A DNA stretch of 51,339 nt from Clostridiaceae bacterium. GTDB lineage: Bacteria > Bacillota > Clostridia > Saccharofermentanales > UBA5734. The notes beneath the pieces are model-generated. The model was not told where the DNA came from. It made no database searches and saw only the letters and a program-made list of their open reading frames with translations. The position numbers and the translations under genes were made by a program. Positions 19,074-28,854 of this stretch are shown here, one piece after another (within the stretch, counting starts at the first letter, position 1; each line of letters begins with the position of its first letter). The DNA lies in assembly GCA_012520975.1 (NCBI GenBank), contig JAAYNF010000019.1:1-51339 (forward strand). The letters run 5' to 3'.

Positions 19074-20048
19074 ATGCATCGGCATCGGATTTTGCACATA
19101 CGAATATGCTTTTTTCTTTTGTCGGCAATGCTCGTGCTTGCCGGTTGTGCCCCAACGCCTTTGACCGACATTGCTGATCCGGAAAACCAAGAAGTTGCGA
19201 TCAACCAAGGAGGAAACCTTCACTACCAAAACCTGGTTCTACCCATCAGCAACTGCATCGTCTTTAACTCCGCCGACGGAAAATTGTCTCTGGCGGCTCA
19301 GGATGGTTCAAATGTGATGGCTTTAAATGATACCATGGGCAATACGCCGATCTTTGCCGACGATTGGCTTTTTTATACGCAGGGAGCAACCGGCGACTAT
19401 CTGATGAAAATGAATCTGGACGGTTCCAATCAGGTTCGCATCGGACGTACGCCACTCAAATACATGGTTGTTCACCGGAATCGCATCTACGCGATCGAAG
19501 CCGGTCAAGGAACGGTCATCAGTCTGGCAACCGATGGAACCGATCGTCGGTTGCTTGTTGATTTTCGAGCGGTGGCTCTGGCTTTATCCGGCGATCGCCT
19601 TTTCATTACCGGCGCCAATGCCAACGACGGAGTGGTCATGGTGGATCTGTCCAGCGGAGAAAAGTCCTGGTTGCTAAGGCAAAGAGTCAGCAGTCTCAAC
19701 GTTTACGGTGACTGGATCTATTTTGCAGATCCCGACAACCACTTTCGGTTGACCGCGTATTCTATTGCCGAACAAGTGACAGCAGCTCTGGGGCCTACCG
19801 GTTTGCAAAAACCCTTTATCGTCAGTTGCGGATATTTATATTTTATCGATCCGTCCAACCTGAATCGTCTTTATCGCTATCGCCTTGTCGGCGCTTCGCC
19901 TCTGGACAATCGGGCCGTGGAGCTGGTCATCGACGATGCCGTCGGCTCTTTTGCCGTTTGTCAGCCCTTTATTTATTATCGCCGGCCGGCAAGTGAGCGG
20001 ATTTATCGTGTCAATCAGGACGGCAGCGACAAGATGCGCATTACCTAA
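19074..20048 (+). CDS. Lipoprotein with DUF5050-like beta-propeller
   Basis: Lipobox LAGC; repeats such as DWLFY..LMKMNLDGS, GDWIYF, IYRVNQDGS. Confidence 0.75.
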   Translation: MHRHRILHIRICFFLLSAMLVLAGCAPTPLTDIADPENQEVAINQGGNLHYQNLVLPISNCIVFNSADGKLSLAAQDGSNVMALNDTMGNTPIFADDWLFYTQGATGDYLMKMNLDGSNQVRIGRTPLKYMVVHRNRIYAIEAGQGTVISLATDGTDRRLLVDFRAVALALSGDRLFITGANANDGVVMVDLSSGEKSWLLRQRVSSLNVYGDWIYFADPDNHFRLTAYSIAEQVTAALGPTGLQKPFIVSCGYLYFIDPSNLNRLYRYRLVGASPLDNRAVELVIDDAVGSFAVCQPFIYYRRPASERIYRVNQDGSDKMRIT

Positions 20049-20719
20049 AATCCTGATTCAGCCAAATCGGTTCGGCTCATCTTGAAATACGGATTATGCA
20101 ATAGTTCGTCTTTCAGCGTGGTCGCCGGTCCGTGGCCTGGAAAAACAGGGATGTCGGCCACGCCGGGGCGTTGGGAAAGCTTGCCAAGACGGATTAAAGA
20201 TTCGGCCATCGCCGCCGGATCGCCATCCAGATCCAAACGGCCGATCGATCCGGCAAACAGGGTGTCGCCGCTAAACAAGGCAATCGGCTTATCACCTTGG
20301 TGCAAAAGGAGGCATATTCCGCCGGGGCTATGACCCGGTGTGTGGATAACCTCCAACCTATAACCATCCGTCAGTTCAAGAATCTGCCCGTCGGTAAGCT
20401 TATGCTCGGCCGGCTGATAAACGATTTTGCCCACGATAACCATGGAAAGATTAAGGCGCGGATCCAGTAAATAGTCATGATCGGCGGTATGAATATAAAG
20501 GGGGGCTCCGGTTTTCCGGCGAAGTGTATCGGCTTGACTGATATGATCAAAATGGCCGTGGGTAGCAATCAACCAACGAATTGCCGGCAGACCGTCAGGT
20601 AAATTCTCCGGCCGGATCGCCGGATCAATCAGGCAGGTCGACGACGGCAAATGAATCAGATAGACGCAGGCTTCCAACGGACCATAGGGCAATGTTATGA
20701 TTTCGTGCATTTTTACCAC
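20045..20719 (-). CDS. MBL-fold metallo-hydrolase (glyoxalase II family)
   Basis: THGHFDHI, HTPGHSPG, FSGDTLFAGSIGR, PGHG; usual position after dtd. Confidence 0.92.
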   Translation of the reverse strand: MVKMHEIITLPYGPLEACVYLIHLPSSTCLIDPAIRPENLPDGLPAIRWLIATHGHFDHISQADTLRRKTGAPLYIHTADHDYLLDPRLNLSMVIVGKIVYQPAEHKLTDGQILELTDGYRLEVIHTPGHSPGGICLLLHQGDKPIALFSGDTLFAGSIGRLDLDGDPAAMAESLIRLGKLSQRPGVADIPVFPGHGPATTLKDELLHNPYFKMSRTDLAESGF

Positions 20720-20722
20720 CTT

Positions 20723-21172
20723 TCATTTTGGAGGCGGCGATTCCAGCATCAGAGTAACGGGGCCGTCATTAAGCAGTGAGACACGCATATGAGCGGCAAA
20801 GCGACCGGTTTTCACCGGAAGGCCCAGCCTCCTTAATTGACTGACAAATCGATTATATAACAACTCCGCCTGCGCCGGCGCGGCAGCCTGATCAAATCCG
20901 GGGCGATTACCTTTGCGCACATCTCCATATAATGTGAATTGTGAGACAACCAGAACTTCACCGGCAAAATCAGCTACTGAGCGATTCATTTTACCGTTTT
21001 CATCGCTAAAAACACGCAATCGGCTGACTTTTCCCGCCAGATAAGCTGCATCAGCTTCGGTGTCATCATGGGTGACACCTAAAAAAACCAGCAACCCGGG
21101 CCCGATCCGGGCCTGAACATCTTGATCGATCTCAACCTGCGCGCCGGAAACGCGCTGAATCAAAGCCCGCAT
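20723..21172 (-). CDS. dtd: D-aminoacyl-tRNA deacylase
   Basis: [24 protein letters not shown]. Confidence 0.97.
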   Translation of the reverse strand: MRALIQRVSGAQVEIDQDVQARIGPGLLVFLGVTHDDTEADAAYLAGKVSRLRVFSDENGKMNRSVADFAGEVLVVSQFTLYGDVRKGNRPGFDQAAAPAQAELLYNRFVSQLRRLGLPVKTGRFAAHMRVSLLNDGPVTLMLESPPPK

Positions 21173-21236
21173 GATCAGTAGGACACCACTTTCTTCGTAC
21201 GCTTGGTCGGCATGGGAAAAGGCATTGTTTTAACTC

Positions 21237-22493
21237 TTAGTACCATCCCCTCAGCTTCATAACCTCGGCAACTTTCTTCACCGATACCAGATACGCCGCT
21301 TCGCGCATGGTACAGTTGTACTGTTCCTTGATTTTCCAAATAGCGTCGAAGGCGCTGACCATGGCCTCTTCTTCTCTTTTTTCCACCTCGGCCTCTGTCC
21401 AAGCGTAGCCACCCAGATTTTGCACCCATTCAAAGTACGAAACCGTTACGCCGCCGGCATTGGACAAAATATCCGGGGTCACGGCGATGCCACGACGAGC
21501 CAGCACTTGGTCTGCCGCCGGAGTTATCGGGCCATTGGCCGCCTCGACAACCAACCTGGCCCGGATTCCCTCGGCCTGTCTGACATCAATGGCGTTTTCC
21601 AAAGCAGCGGGAACCATGACGTCCACATCCAGCTCCCAAAACTCGTCCAAGGTGATGGCTTTGGAGCCCGGAAAATCCAGCAGGTTGGTTTTCCGCATCC
21701 AGTAGCTTTCCATCTCCTCAAAACAAAAGCCCTCCGGGTTGTAGATGGCATAGGTACCGTTTTTCGGCTCCCATTCGGCTACGGCTACAACCTTGCCGCC
21801 CAGCTTGATAAAGTTTTTGACGGTGTAGCGCCCCACATTGCCGAAACCCTGCACCGCGACTGAGGTACCCCGAAGATCGATGCCCAGCTTGGCAGCGGCT
21901 TCCCGGGCGGTGACGGCAACGCCAAAGCCGGTGGCCTCGTTGCGCCCCAAAGAGCCGCCCCATTGAACAGGTTTCCCGGTCAGCACGCCCACCGCATAGT
22001 TGCCGGTGAGTTTGCAGTATTCGTCCACCATCCACGCCATGACTTGGACATTGGTTCCCACATCGGGAGCGGGAACGTCTGTTTTCTCGCCTAAGTACTT
22101 GTACAGGCCCTGAATATAGCCTCTGGACAGGCGCTCCAGTTCTGTTTTGGACAGCTTGCTGGGATCGACAATGACGCCGCCCTTGGCGCCCCCATAAGGG
22201 ATGCCGGTGACTCCGCACTTGAAGGTCATCCAAATGGACAGCGCCTTGACCTCGTCGATGTTCACTCCGGGATGAAAGCGAATGCCGCCTTTGCCGGGGC
22301 CCACAGCGTTGTTGTGCAACGAGCGGTAGCCCTTGAATACCCTCATGCTGCCGTCGTCCATCCGTACGGGGATCGAAATCTCGATGACGCGCTTGGGCTC
22401 CTTCAGTAATTCGTATACAGCCGGTTCGAGCCCCAAAACATCACAGGCGCGCTTGATCTGAAACTGAGCACTTTCTAATGGATTTGTATTCAA
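21237..22493 (-). CDS. gdh: Glutamate dehydrogenase (Glu/Leu/Phe/Val dehydrogenase family)
   Basis: GPGKGGIRFHP, GGAKGG, DVPAPDVGT, QGFGNVG, EAANGP, PDILSNAGGVTVSYFEWVQN; TTG start with GAGGAGG. Confidence 0.95.
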   Translation of the reverse strand: MNTNPLESAQFQIKRACDVLGLEPAVYELLKEPKRVIEISIPVRMDDGSMRVFKGYRSLHNNAVGPGKGGIRFHPGVNIDEVKALSIWMTFKCGVTGIPYGGAKGGVIVDPSKLSKTELERLSRGYIQGLYKYLGEKTDVPAPDVGTNVQVMAWMVDEYCKLTGNYAVGVLTGKPVQWGGSLGRNEATGFGVAVTAREAAAKLGIDLRGTSVAVQGFGNVGRYTVKNFIKLGGKVVAVAEWEPKNGTYAIYNPEGFCFEEMESYWMRKTNLLDFPGSKAITLDEFWELDVDVMVPAALENAIDVRQAEGIRARLVVEAANGPITPAADQVLARRGIAVTPDILSNAGGVTVSYFEWVQNLGGYAWTEAEVEKREEEAMVSAFDAIWKIKEQYNCTMREAAYLVSVKKVAEVMKLRGWY

Positions 22494-22600
22494 CGCTGAA
22501 CCCTCCTCAAAAACGATTCTTTTAGCTTTCTGAGTCTACCACTTTGTCTGTTCGGTTTCAAGATAACGAATGACGTCTGGGTTTTTATCCGACGCCCGTA

Positions 22601-23236
22601 TCAAGATATCTTTTCGCAACGCTGCTCTAACGGACAGCCTCTACAAACCATTTTCTTTTTGCAGCGCTCCTTGCAGTGATGCACAATCAAGGCATGAAAA
22701 TGACCAAAGAGCTCCGCATCCCGGGGAAGCTCACTTTCGCAGAAGTTCTTCACTTCCATATAGGTCTTGCCGACATCAAGGGGAAAACGCCGGAAAAACC
22801 TCGTGGTATAGGCATCTACGACAAAAGTCGGGAAATCAAAACCATAGAGAAGAATCGAATCTGCCGTCTCATTGCCAACTCCCCTCACCTGCAAAAGTTC
22901 GGTTCGGATATCCGACAGAGGGCGGCTTTTGATCAAATGCGGGGCACAGTCATAGCTCATAAACCATTCGGTGACGGCTTTCAGATACTGCGACTTTTGC
23001 CTGAAAAAACCTGCCGGACGGATGATTTCCTGAAGTTCCTTCATGGGCAAAGCCAAGATCCGCCTAGGTGATAAGTTGCCATCAAATTGCTTGAGCGCCT
23101 TTTCTACATTGGTCCAAGCCGTGTTTTGTGTCAGGATCGCGCCAACCATTACCTCGAAAGGCGTATCGGCCGGCCACCAATCCAGATCGCCGTAGTGAAT
23201 ATAGAGGGTCTGGTAAATTTTTTGCAATTCGCCCAT
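22601..23236 (-). CDS. Endonuclease III-related HhH-GPD protein
   Basis: WWPADTPFEVMVGAILTQNT, GVGNETADSILLY, FVVDAY, C-terminal Cys cluster. Confidence 0.88.
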   Translation of the reverse strand: MGELQKIYQTLYIHYGDLDWWPADTPFEVMVGAILTQNTAWTNVEKALKQFDGNLSPRRILALPMKELQEIIRPAGFFRQKSQYLKAVTEWFMSYDCAPHLIKSRPLSDIRTELLQVRGVGNETADSILLYGFDFPTFVVDAYTTRFFRRFPLDVGKTYMEVKNFCESELPRDAELFGHFHALIVHHCKERCKKKMVCRGCPLEQRCEKIS

Positions 23237-23245
23237 CGTCTGATT

Positions 23246-23740
23246 TCAGCTGATAAAGTCCACAATATGAACCATGCTTCCGTGTTCTTGGATCATCTTC
23301 AATAAATCGCTACTGCTGAACCACACCGTTGCCGTATTGTCATTGGGGTGGCACCCTATCCTTGCATTTCCTTCAAAGAAGCTTTGATCCAAATAAAATT
23401 CAACCCGCCTTTCATGGTCATTCAGTAAACCCAAAGGCGTCACTGATCCCGGTTCCAGCTTCATAATAGCACGTAGATCATCGCTTGATGCAAAGCTAAG
23501 CGGTCTGGTGCCGTTGGCGTTTTTGAACTCTTTCAAATCCACCCGTTTATCGCCCTTAACGGTTATCAAATAGTATTTTCTCTTTTTCTTGTCGCGAACA
23601 AACAGATTTTTTGAATTGTCCTCCGGATAAGGAAGATCAACATCCGCCAGTTGTTCCATGTTGAAAACCGCTTGATGTTCTGTGATTTCATAAGAAATTC
23701 CCTTTAGATCAAGGAACTTATATATTTCTCTTTTATCCAT
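23246..23740 (-). CDS. Prolyl-tRNA editing protein (ProX/PrdX, YbaK superfamily)
   Basis: KNLFVRDKK, LSFAS, PGSVTPLGLLND, HPNDNTAT. Confidence 0.9.
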   Translation of the reverse strand: MDKREIYKFLDLKGISYEITEHQAVFNMEQLADVDLPYPEDNSKNLFVRDKKKRKYYLITVKGDKRVDLKEFKNANGTRPLSFASSDDLRAIMKLEPGSVTPLGLLNDHERRVEFYLDQSFFEGNARIGCHPNDNTATVWFSSSDLLKMIQEHGSMVHIVDFIS

Positions 23741-23794
23741 GTGTCCACCGATATTTTCGCAAGATCCGGCATGGGATCTTGCAATGCGATCAGG

Positions 23795-24184
23795 TCAACG
23801 AATCAATTTGCGCCAGTCAAGATCGCCTCGATCGATGCCCAAAATCAAAATCTCAGCGGCGGCCAGATTGGTGGCCACCGGAATAATATTGGTATCACAA
23901 GCTTTCAGGAGCGGATTGGGCATATCGTAGGTTTCCAGTACTGGATCACGAAGATAGATTACCGCATCGATCTCATTGTAAGTGGCGCGAGAGGCCAAGA
24001 TATTAAAGCTTCCGGAAATTTCCGTGGACAGGCCATGGACTTTCAGCCCCGTGGCGTTTTGGATCAGCGTGGATGTATTGAGCAGAGAGTAGATGGTTTG
24101 ACGTTCCAGAATATGGCGGTACGCAATACAAAAATTAACCAGCAATTCATTTTTGCGATGATCAGCCAAAAGGACAATGTTCAC
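23795..24184 (-). CDS. mgsA: Methylglyoxal synthase-like protein with degenerate active site
   Basis: NFCIAY, ATGLKV, YNEIDAVIYLRDP, CDTNIIPVATNLAAAE, GDLDWR; GTG start with GGAGGT RBS. Confidence 0.8.
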   Translation of the reverse strand: MNIVLLADHRKNELLVNFCIAYRHILERQTIYSLLNTSTLIQNATGLKVHGLSTEISGSFNILASRATYNEIDAVIYLRDPVLETYDMPNPLLKACDTNIIPVATNLAAAEILILGIDRGDLDWRKLIR

Positions 24185-24292
24185 AACGACACCTCCTGCT
24201 CGTTAAGGATATATCCTTACGCCAGTTCCATTCTATACATCTTGACCTGCGGATACAAGTGCAAGCTCCGGAAAAAATCGAGTCATTTTACT

Positions 24293-26644
24293 TTAAGAAT
24301 TGTTTTCCAGATGGTCATCCTGCAGATCATCGACCAGACCAGGCGGAAGAACCGCATCGCCATTGGGTGCCTGAACCAGCTGAAAATAGGCCGTGAGCAG
24401 GTCACGGGCAATAAGAATGGTATTCGATCCCCGAGCCCCTTTTTCCACGACTTGAGCGATGGCGACCTGAGGATTGTCCGCAGGCGCATAACAGATGAAC
24501 AGGCCGTTTGAGGAAGAACGATCCTCAAAACCGGTCTCGGCGGTTCCGGTTTTGGCCGCTACCTTGATAGGGAAATCATGCAGGGTCTTATAGGCGGTTC
24601 CTTTCGGATCGGTGACCGATCGAACCATGCCGCGGCGCACGGCCAAGAGGTTTGCTTCATCAATGTCGATGGGCTCCGGGTCCACAGCAAAGGATCGGAT
24701 AACCGTGCCGTCATTACGGGTGATTTGACTGATCGTATGGGGAGTCACCCGTTTGCCTGTGGCCAAGGCCGCGGTGTAGACCGCCAGCTGAATGATGGTG
24801 AAGCTGTTGATCGACTGACCGATCGCGGCCTGACAAGTGTCCGCCGGAAACCAGATCTGGTCGCCCGGGTCACTGAAGAGAACTCTTTTGACTTCACGGC
24901 TGGCTCGAATACCTCTGCTTTCACCCGGTAAATCAATTCCGGTGATTTCACCCAAACCCAGTTTACTGCCCCAATAGCTGATCTCATTGATACCGGTTGT
25001 GTAGCCGAGATTTAAAAAATACATGTTGCAGGACGTGGCCAGCGCTTCGGACAAGGTCAGGTTGCCATGGCCGGTGTTGGGGTATTCGAGACAGCGCCAA
25101 GGCCACTCTCCGATCACCTCACGGCCTTTGCAGCGGATGGTGTTGCGAGAGGCAGTAATTGATCCGGATTGAAGACCGGCAATTGCGGTTGCCGGTTTAA
25201 AGGTTGATCCCGGCGCGTAGATTTCCTGAACAGCCCGATTCCACAGTGGTTTGTTGATATTGTCGGTTAAATACGCCGCCACGCGTTCAGCCGCTTCCGG
25301 AACGGTTTTCTGGTCAATGAAATCCTTCGGATCATAATCCGGATAGCTGGCCAAAGCCAGAATTTCGCCGGTTCTGACATCCAGCATGACCACAGCACCG
25401 GCATCGGCGTCACCTTTGTTCTTATTATCCGGACTGTTGCGAATCTCTTCAATGACGCGACGAAGTGAAGCCACCGCTGCAGATTGCAACCTGAGGTCAA
25501 GGGTCAGGCGTACGTTATAACCGGATATCGCGTCTTTGCCGATGGACTCGGAATAAAAAGCCCCCTCCTCTCCCGCCACACTCCAGATATTGTATGGTTT
25601 AATACCATTTTGTCCGGCAAGATAGCGCTCGGCCGAATATTCGACTCCCGCTTGGCCGATTATGGCATCCGCGGCGTAGCCTTGCAGGCGCAAATTCTCA
25701 TACTGGGCCGAGGTGATCCTGCCGACATAACCCAGAACATGAGAAAGGGTCCGAGCATCGGAGGTATATGCCCGCTCATATTCACGGCTGCTGATGACGC
25801 CCATGAATCGATAGTTTTGCTCATTAATCTTGGAGATGATTTCATCGCTGACATCGGTGGCGATCACAATGGGGGTCCCGTTCTGAAATGTCCACCAGTT
25901 GATCATGATCATGTAGCGTAATTTCATGATTCGAAAGGCATCTTCCCGACTATAGCGCAAACCGTCGGATTCCGGATTTTCAATCGCATAATGGGTATAA
26001 AGCAGGTAATCAAAAAACAACCGGGGATCGGTTTTAACCTTTCGGTCGGCAAAGCCGGCGATCTGCCCCGGTGATAATTTCTCCAGACCAAAAGTGTTTC
26101 GATGGGTCTGCCAGTCAATGATTTCAATTTCTTCCCGGGCAAATACCGGCACGCCACAATCAACGCCGGCCTCTTCTTCGTGGGTACAGGCAGAATGATC
26201 CAAAACCAAGTAATCGGTGAGGTTTTCAATAATGTCAATATTATTCTCTTCCAGAAACAGGCTGAGATCCAACAACATTTCGTTGAGTTTTTCATTGTCC
26301 AACCCGGCATAAGTCAACATCAAATTGTTGACCGGTATCGAATAAGCCAGTGGCAGGCCGGTGGCATCGACAATGTCGCCTCTGGCTGCTTTGACCGTCA
26401 ACTGACGGGACACACCGGTGGTTTCGGCCACCGTCGAAACATCGGATGATTGCAACTGCAGGATGGCCGTACTATAAAAAATCAAGGCTCCGGCCAACAG
26501 AAAAATCAAGGCCAAGACCGCGTAACGGCTTTGCAGAAATTGTCGGAACCGTTTACCTAAAGAGGGTTTTTCTTCCCCTTTTATCGAGCCTTCGTGAGGC
26601 TGATCAAAAATATAGAAGCCGTCGGTTTTTATTTCGTTTGCCAT
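24293..26644 (-). CDS. mrdA: Class B penicillin-binding protein (PBP2/MrdA-like)
   Basis: N-terminal TM, ARGDIVD, HVLGYVG, PGSTFK (SxxK), SCN, KTGT; follows mreD. Confidence 0.9.
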   Translation of the reverse strand: MANEIKTDGFYIFDQPHEGSIKGEEKPSLGKRFRQFLQSRYAVLALIFLLAGALIFYSTAILQLQSSDVSTVAETTGVSRQLTVKAARGDIVDATGLPLAYSIPVNNLMLTYAGLDNEKLNEMLLDLSLFLEENNIDIIENLTDYLVLDHSACTHEEEAGVDCGVPVFAREEIEIIDWQTHRNTFGLEKLSPGQIAGFADRKVKTDPRLFFDYLLYTHYAIENPESDGLRYSREDAFRIMKLRYMIMINWWTFQNGTPIVIATDVSDEIISKINEQNYRFMGVISSREYERAYTSDARTLSHVLGYVGRITSAQYENLRLQGYAADAIIGQAGVEYSAERYLAGQNGIKPYNIWSVAGEEGAFYSESIGKDAISGYNVRLTLDLRLQSAAVASLRRVIEEIRNSPDNKNKGDADAGAVVMLDVRTGEILALASYPDYDPKDFIDQKTVPEAAERVAAYLTDNINKPLWNRAVQEIYAPGSTFKPATAIAGLQSGSITASRNTIRCKGREVIGEWPWRCLEYPNTGHGNLTLSEALATSCNMYFLNLGYTTGINEISYWGSKLGLGEITGIDLPGESRGIRASREVKRVLFSDPGDQIWFPADTCQAAIGQSINSFTIIQLAVYTAALATGKRVTPHTISQITRNDGTVIRSFAVDPEPIDIDEANLLAVRRGMVRSVTDPKGTAYKTLHDFPIKVAAKTGTAETGFEDRSSSNGLFICYAPADNPQVAIAQVVEKGARGSNTILIARDLLTAYFQLVQAPNGDAVLPPGLVDDLQDDHLENNS

Positions 26645-27225
26645 AAGCCATCTCCAACGTTTCTTTCCTCGTCCTCGTCATCCTCCTCCGGTCGACCGCC
26701 GCGCCGGTACGGCCCTGCATAGTAAAGCAACAGAATCATCGGAATGCCGACCAAGAAGTTGACGATCAGCGCGCCGGGTAAAATTTGCAGCATATGCTGA
26801 TATAGCCCGGATAACGTGTAAACGACACCGGGTAAAACCGGTACCGCGAAAGTTAAAAATGTAATCACAAGATGATAAATGGCGGTTCCCAAAATCACCA
26901 AGATCAGGCCAAGGGAGATATTGCGGCGAAAAAACCTACGAAAGGCAACCGCTGCAAACAGGCCGGCATACATCAAAAGCAACATGCCAAGACCCAAACC
27001 ACGACCGGCCAAGGCGTCGCGCATAAAACCGGCCAGCAAGCCAACCGCCATGCCGTCTCGCTGACCAAACAGATAACCGGCCAGTATAGCCAGAACAAGG
27101 GTCAAATCCGGTTTGACGCCCAAGATGGCTGCCCGGTCCGGCAGGATGGTCTGCAACAGGCCCAGACCCAAGATGTAGACGGCGTAAACCAAGACCGTCC
27201 GGATTATCCTACGATTAATCTTCAT
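26629..27225 (-). CDS. mreD: Rod shape-determining protein MreD
   Basis: Hydrophobic, GVKPDL, GLLAGFMRD; follows mreC. Confidence 0.88.
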   Translation of the reverse strand: MKINRRIIRTVLVYAVYILGLGLLQTILPDRAAILGVKPDLTLVLAILAGYLFGQRDGMAVGLLAGFMRDALAGRGLGLGMLLLMYAGLFAAVAFRRFFRRNISLGLILVILGTAIYHLVITFLTFAVPVLPGVVYTLSGLYQHMLQILPGALIVNFLVGIPMILLLYYAGPYRRGGRPEEDDEDEERNVGDGLWQTK

Positions 27226-28069
27226 GATCCTCTGCTTTCATAACAAAGACGGTTTGAATATTTTCCAGATCAACATAAGGTTGCAGGTATGCCTGTCGCT
27301 GATTCCGATCATCGTTTTCCAGCACCTGAACGATCCGGCCGATGGGTATTCCAGCAGGAAAAAGGCCCCCCGCACCGCTGGTGATGACCTCGTCGCCGAC
27401 CTGCAAACGAGCGTTTAAGGGAATCTGGTCGATAAGACACAGGGTTTGTTCTTTGAGATCAAAGTCGCCTCTGACTCTGAAGAGCGGGCTGCTGACCGTG
27501 TTAACTTTTGCGCTGACCGCAAAGCCTTCATGGAGGAGCGGTAAAACCTTGCCCGAAGCAAGATCCGTGGCCATCAGGCGACCGACCAATTGGGATTGGG
27601 CGTCAACCACGGCATAAGACATGGTTTCGGTGACTCGAAAACCGTCTCTTGATCCAACATCAATGCGAAAAACATCAAACCAGGAACCGATCTCCCGGGT
27701 CATGACGCGACCGCCGACAATTTCGTAAGCATCAAATCGGCTTTTTAGTTTAAAGGCGGATTTCAATTCTTCATACTGGCGGCCGGCCTCCGCCAATTGA
27801 TCCACCTGATTTCTAAGCTCAGCATTTTCGGCTTTTAGTCGCTGATTTTCCGCTTGGATGTCAATGCTTTCCGATAAAGCCGAGAAAAAACCGTTGACCT
27901 GATCAACGGTCTTGCTCAGCCCTTTTTGAACCGGTTCCAACAGGATGGAAATCGGACTGGTTATAAAGTTCAAAGGACTACCGGGCAGGGTCGACAGCAA
28001 TGTGACAGCCAACAGCAGCAGGGTGATCAAGACGATGGCAAATATGCGGTTCTTCCGTGGTTTCGACAT
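27215..28069 (-). CDS. mreC: Rod shape-determining protein MreC
   Basis: TM plus coiled coil (ENQRLKAENAEL), IDVGSRDG, GDEVITSGAGGLFPAGIPIG. Confidence 0.92.
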   Translation of the reverse strand: MSKPRKNRIFAIVLITLLLLAVTLLSTLPGSPLNFITSPISILLEPVQKGLSKTVDQVNGFFSALSESIDIQAENQRLKAENAELRNQVDQLAEAGRQYEELKSAFKLKSRFDAYEIVGGRVMTREIGSWFDVFRIDVGSRDGFRVTETMSYAVVDAQSQLVGRLMATDLASGKVLPLLHEGFAVSAKVNTVSSPLFRVRGDFDLKEQTLCLIDQIPLNARLQVGDEVITSGAGGLFPAGIPIGRIVQVLENDDRNQRQAYLQPYVDLENIQTVFVMKAEDHED

Positions 28070-28130
28070 TGATCATCACGCTCCTGCTGATCAATTATGG
28101 CAATTATCATACCTGATATTATACCGTAGT

Positions 28131-28832
28131 TCAAATGAGTCCGTCCCGTTTCAAGCTCAGGGATCCGCCGCTGGCTAAAATAATATGATCGATGACCTGA
28201 ATGCCCATCATCTGTCCGGCTTCAATCAGTCGTCTGGTGGTTTCCAGATCCTCGACGCTTGGCGATGCATCGCCGCTCGGGTGATTATGAGCCAAGATCA
28301 TGGAGGCCGCATTGGCTCGGATGGCTTCCCGGAAAAGCTCCCGCGGATGAATAACAGCAGATGACAGACCGCCCTCGGATACCCGACTGACCCGGATGAC
28401 ACGATTTCGAACATCCAACAGAATTACGCGCAACTCTTCGCGAGGCAATGCCAGCATATCGGTCTCCAGCAAGTCAATCGCGTCATTCGGCGAACGAATT
28501 TGCGTCTGCCGTACCCGTCTTCGACTGCTGCTTGCCCGAGAGCCTATTTCCAGCGCAGCAAGAATTTGAGCGGCTTTGACCGGTCCGATGCCGGGATATT
28601 CCATGAGTTCTTCCAAGCTGAAATCCCTTATTTTATTGATGCCATCATCTTGGCTCCCTAGCAGCCTCTGGCTAAGGGCCAGCGCAGTTTCCTTGCAGGT
28701 TCCGCAGCGGATAATGACCGCAAGCAATTCGGCATCGGTGAGCTTTTGCGCGCCGACAGCCAACAGTTTTTCATAAGGCCGATCGGCCAGCGGCATGCTG
28801 CGCATGGTTATTCTTTCCTGTTTTTCCAACAT
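28131..28832 (-). CDS. radC: RadC family JAB-domain protein
   Basis: RPYEKL, LTDAELLA, GIGPVKA, HPRELF, HNHPSGD..PS.ED, DHII; start MLEK with GGAGG. Confidence 0.95.
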   Translation of the reverse strand: MLEKQERITMRSMPLADRPYEKLLAVGAQKLTDAELLAVIIRCGTCKETALALSQRLLGSQDDGINKIRDFSLEELMEYPGIGPVKAAQILAALEIGSRASSSRRRVRQTQIRSPNDAIDLLETDMLALPREELRVILLDVRNRVIRVSRVSEGGLSSAVIHPRELFREAIRANAASMILAHNHPSGDASPSVEDLETTRRLIEAGQMMGIQVIDHIILASGGSLSLKRDGLI

Positions 28833-28854
28833 AAATCCTCCCGAAAAGGATCGA

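Noticed and set aside
21175-21429. 84-aa ORF overlapping the gdh 3' end
   Set aside because: Alternate-frame overlap with gdh; no homology or relA remnant recognisable
23741-24511. 256-aa plus-strand ORF
   Set aside because: Antisense to the mgsA-like gene and the pbp2 3' end; no recognisable domain
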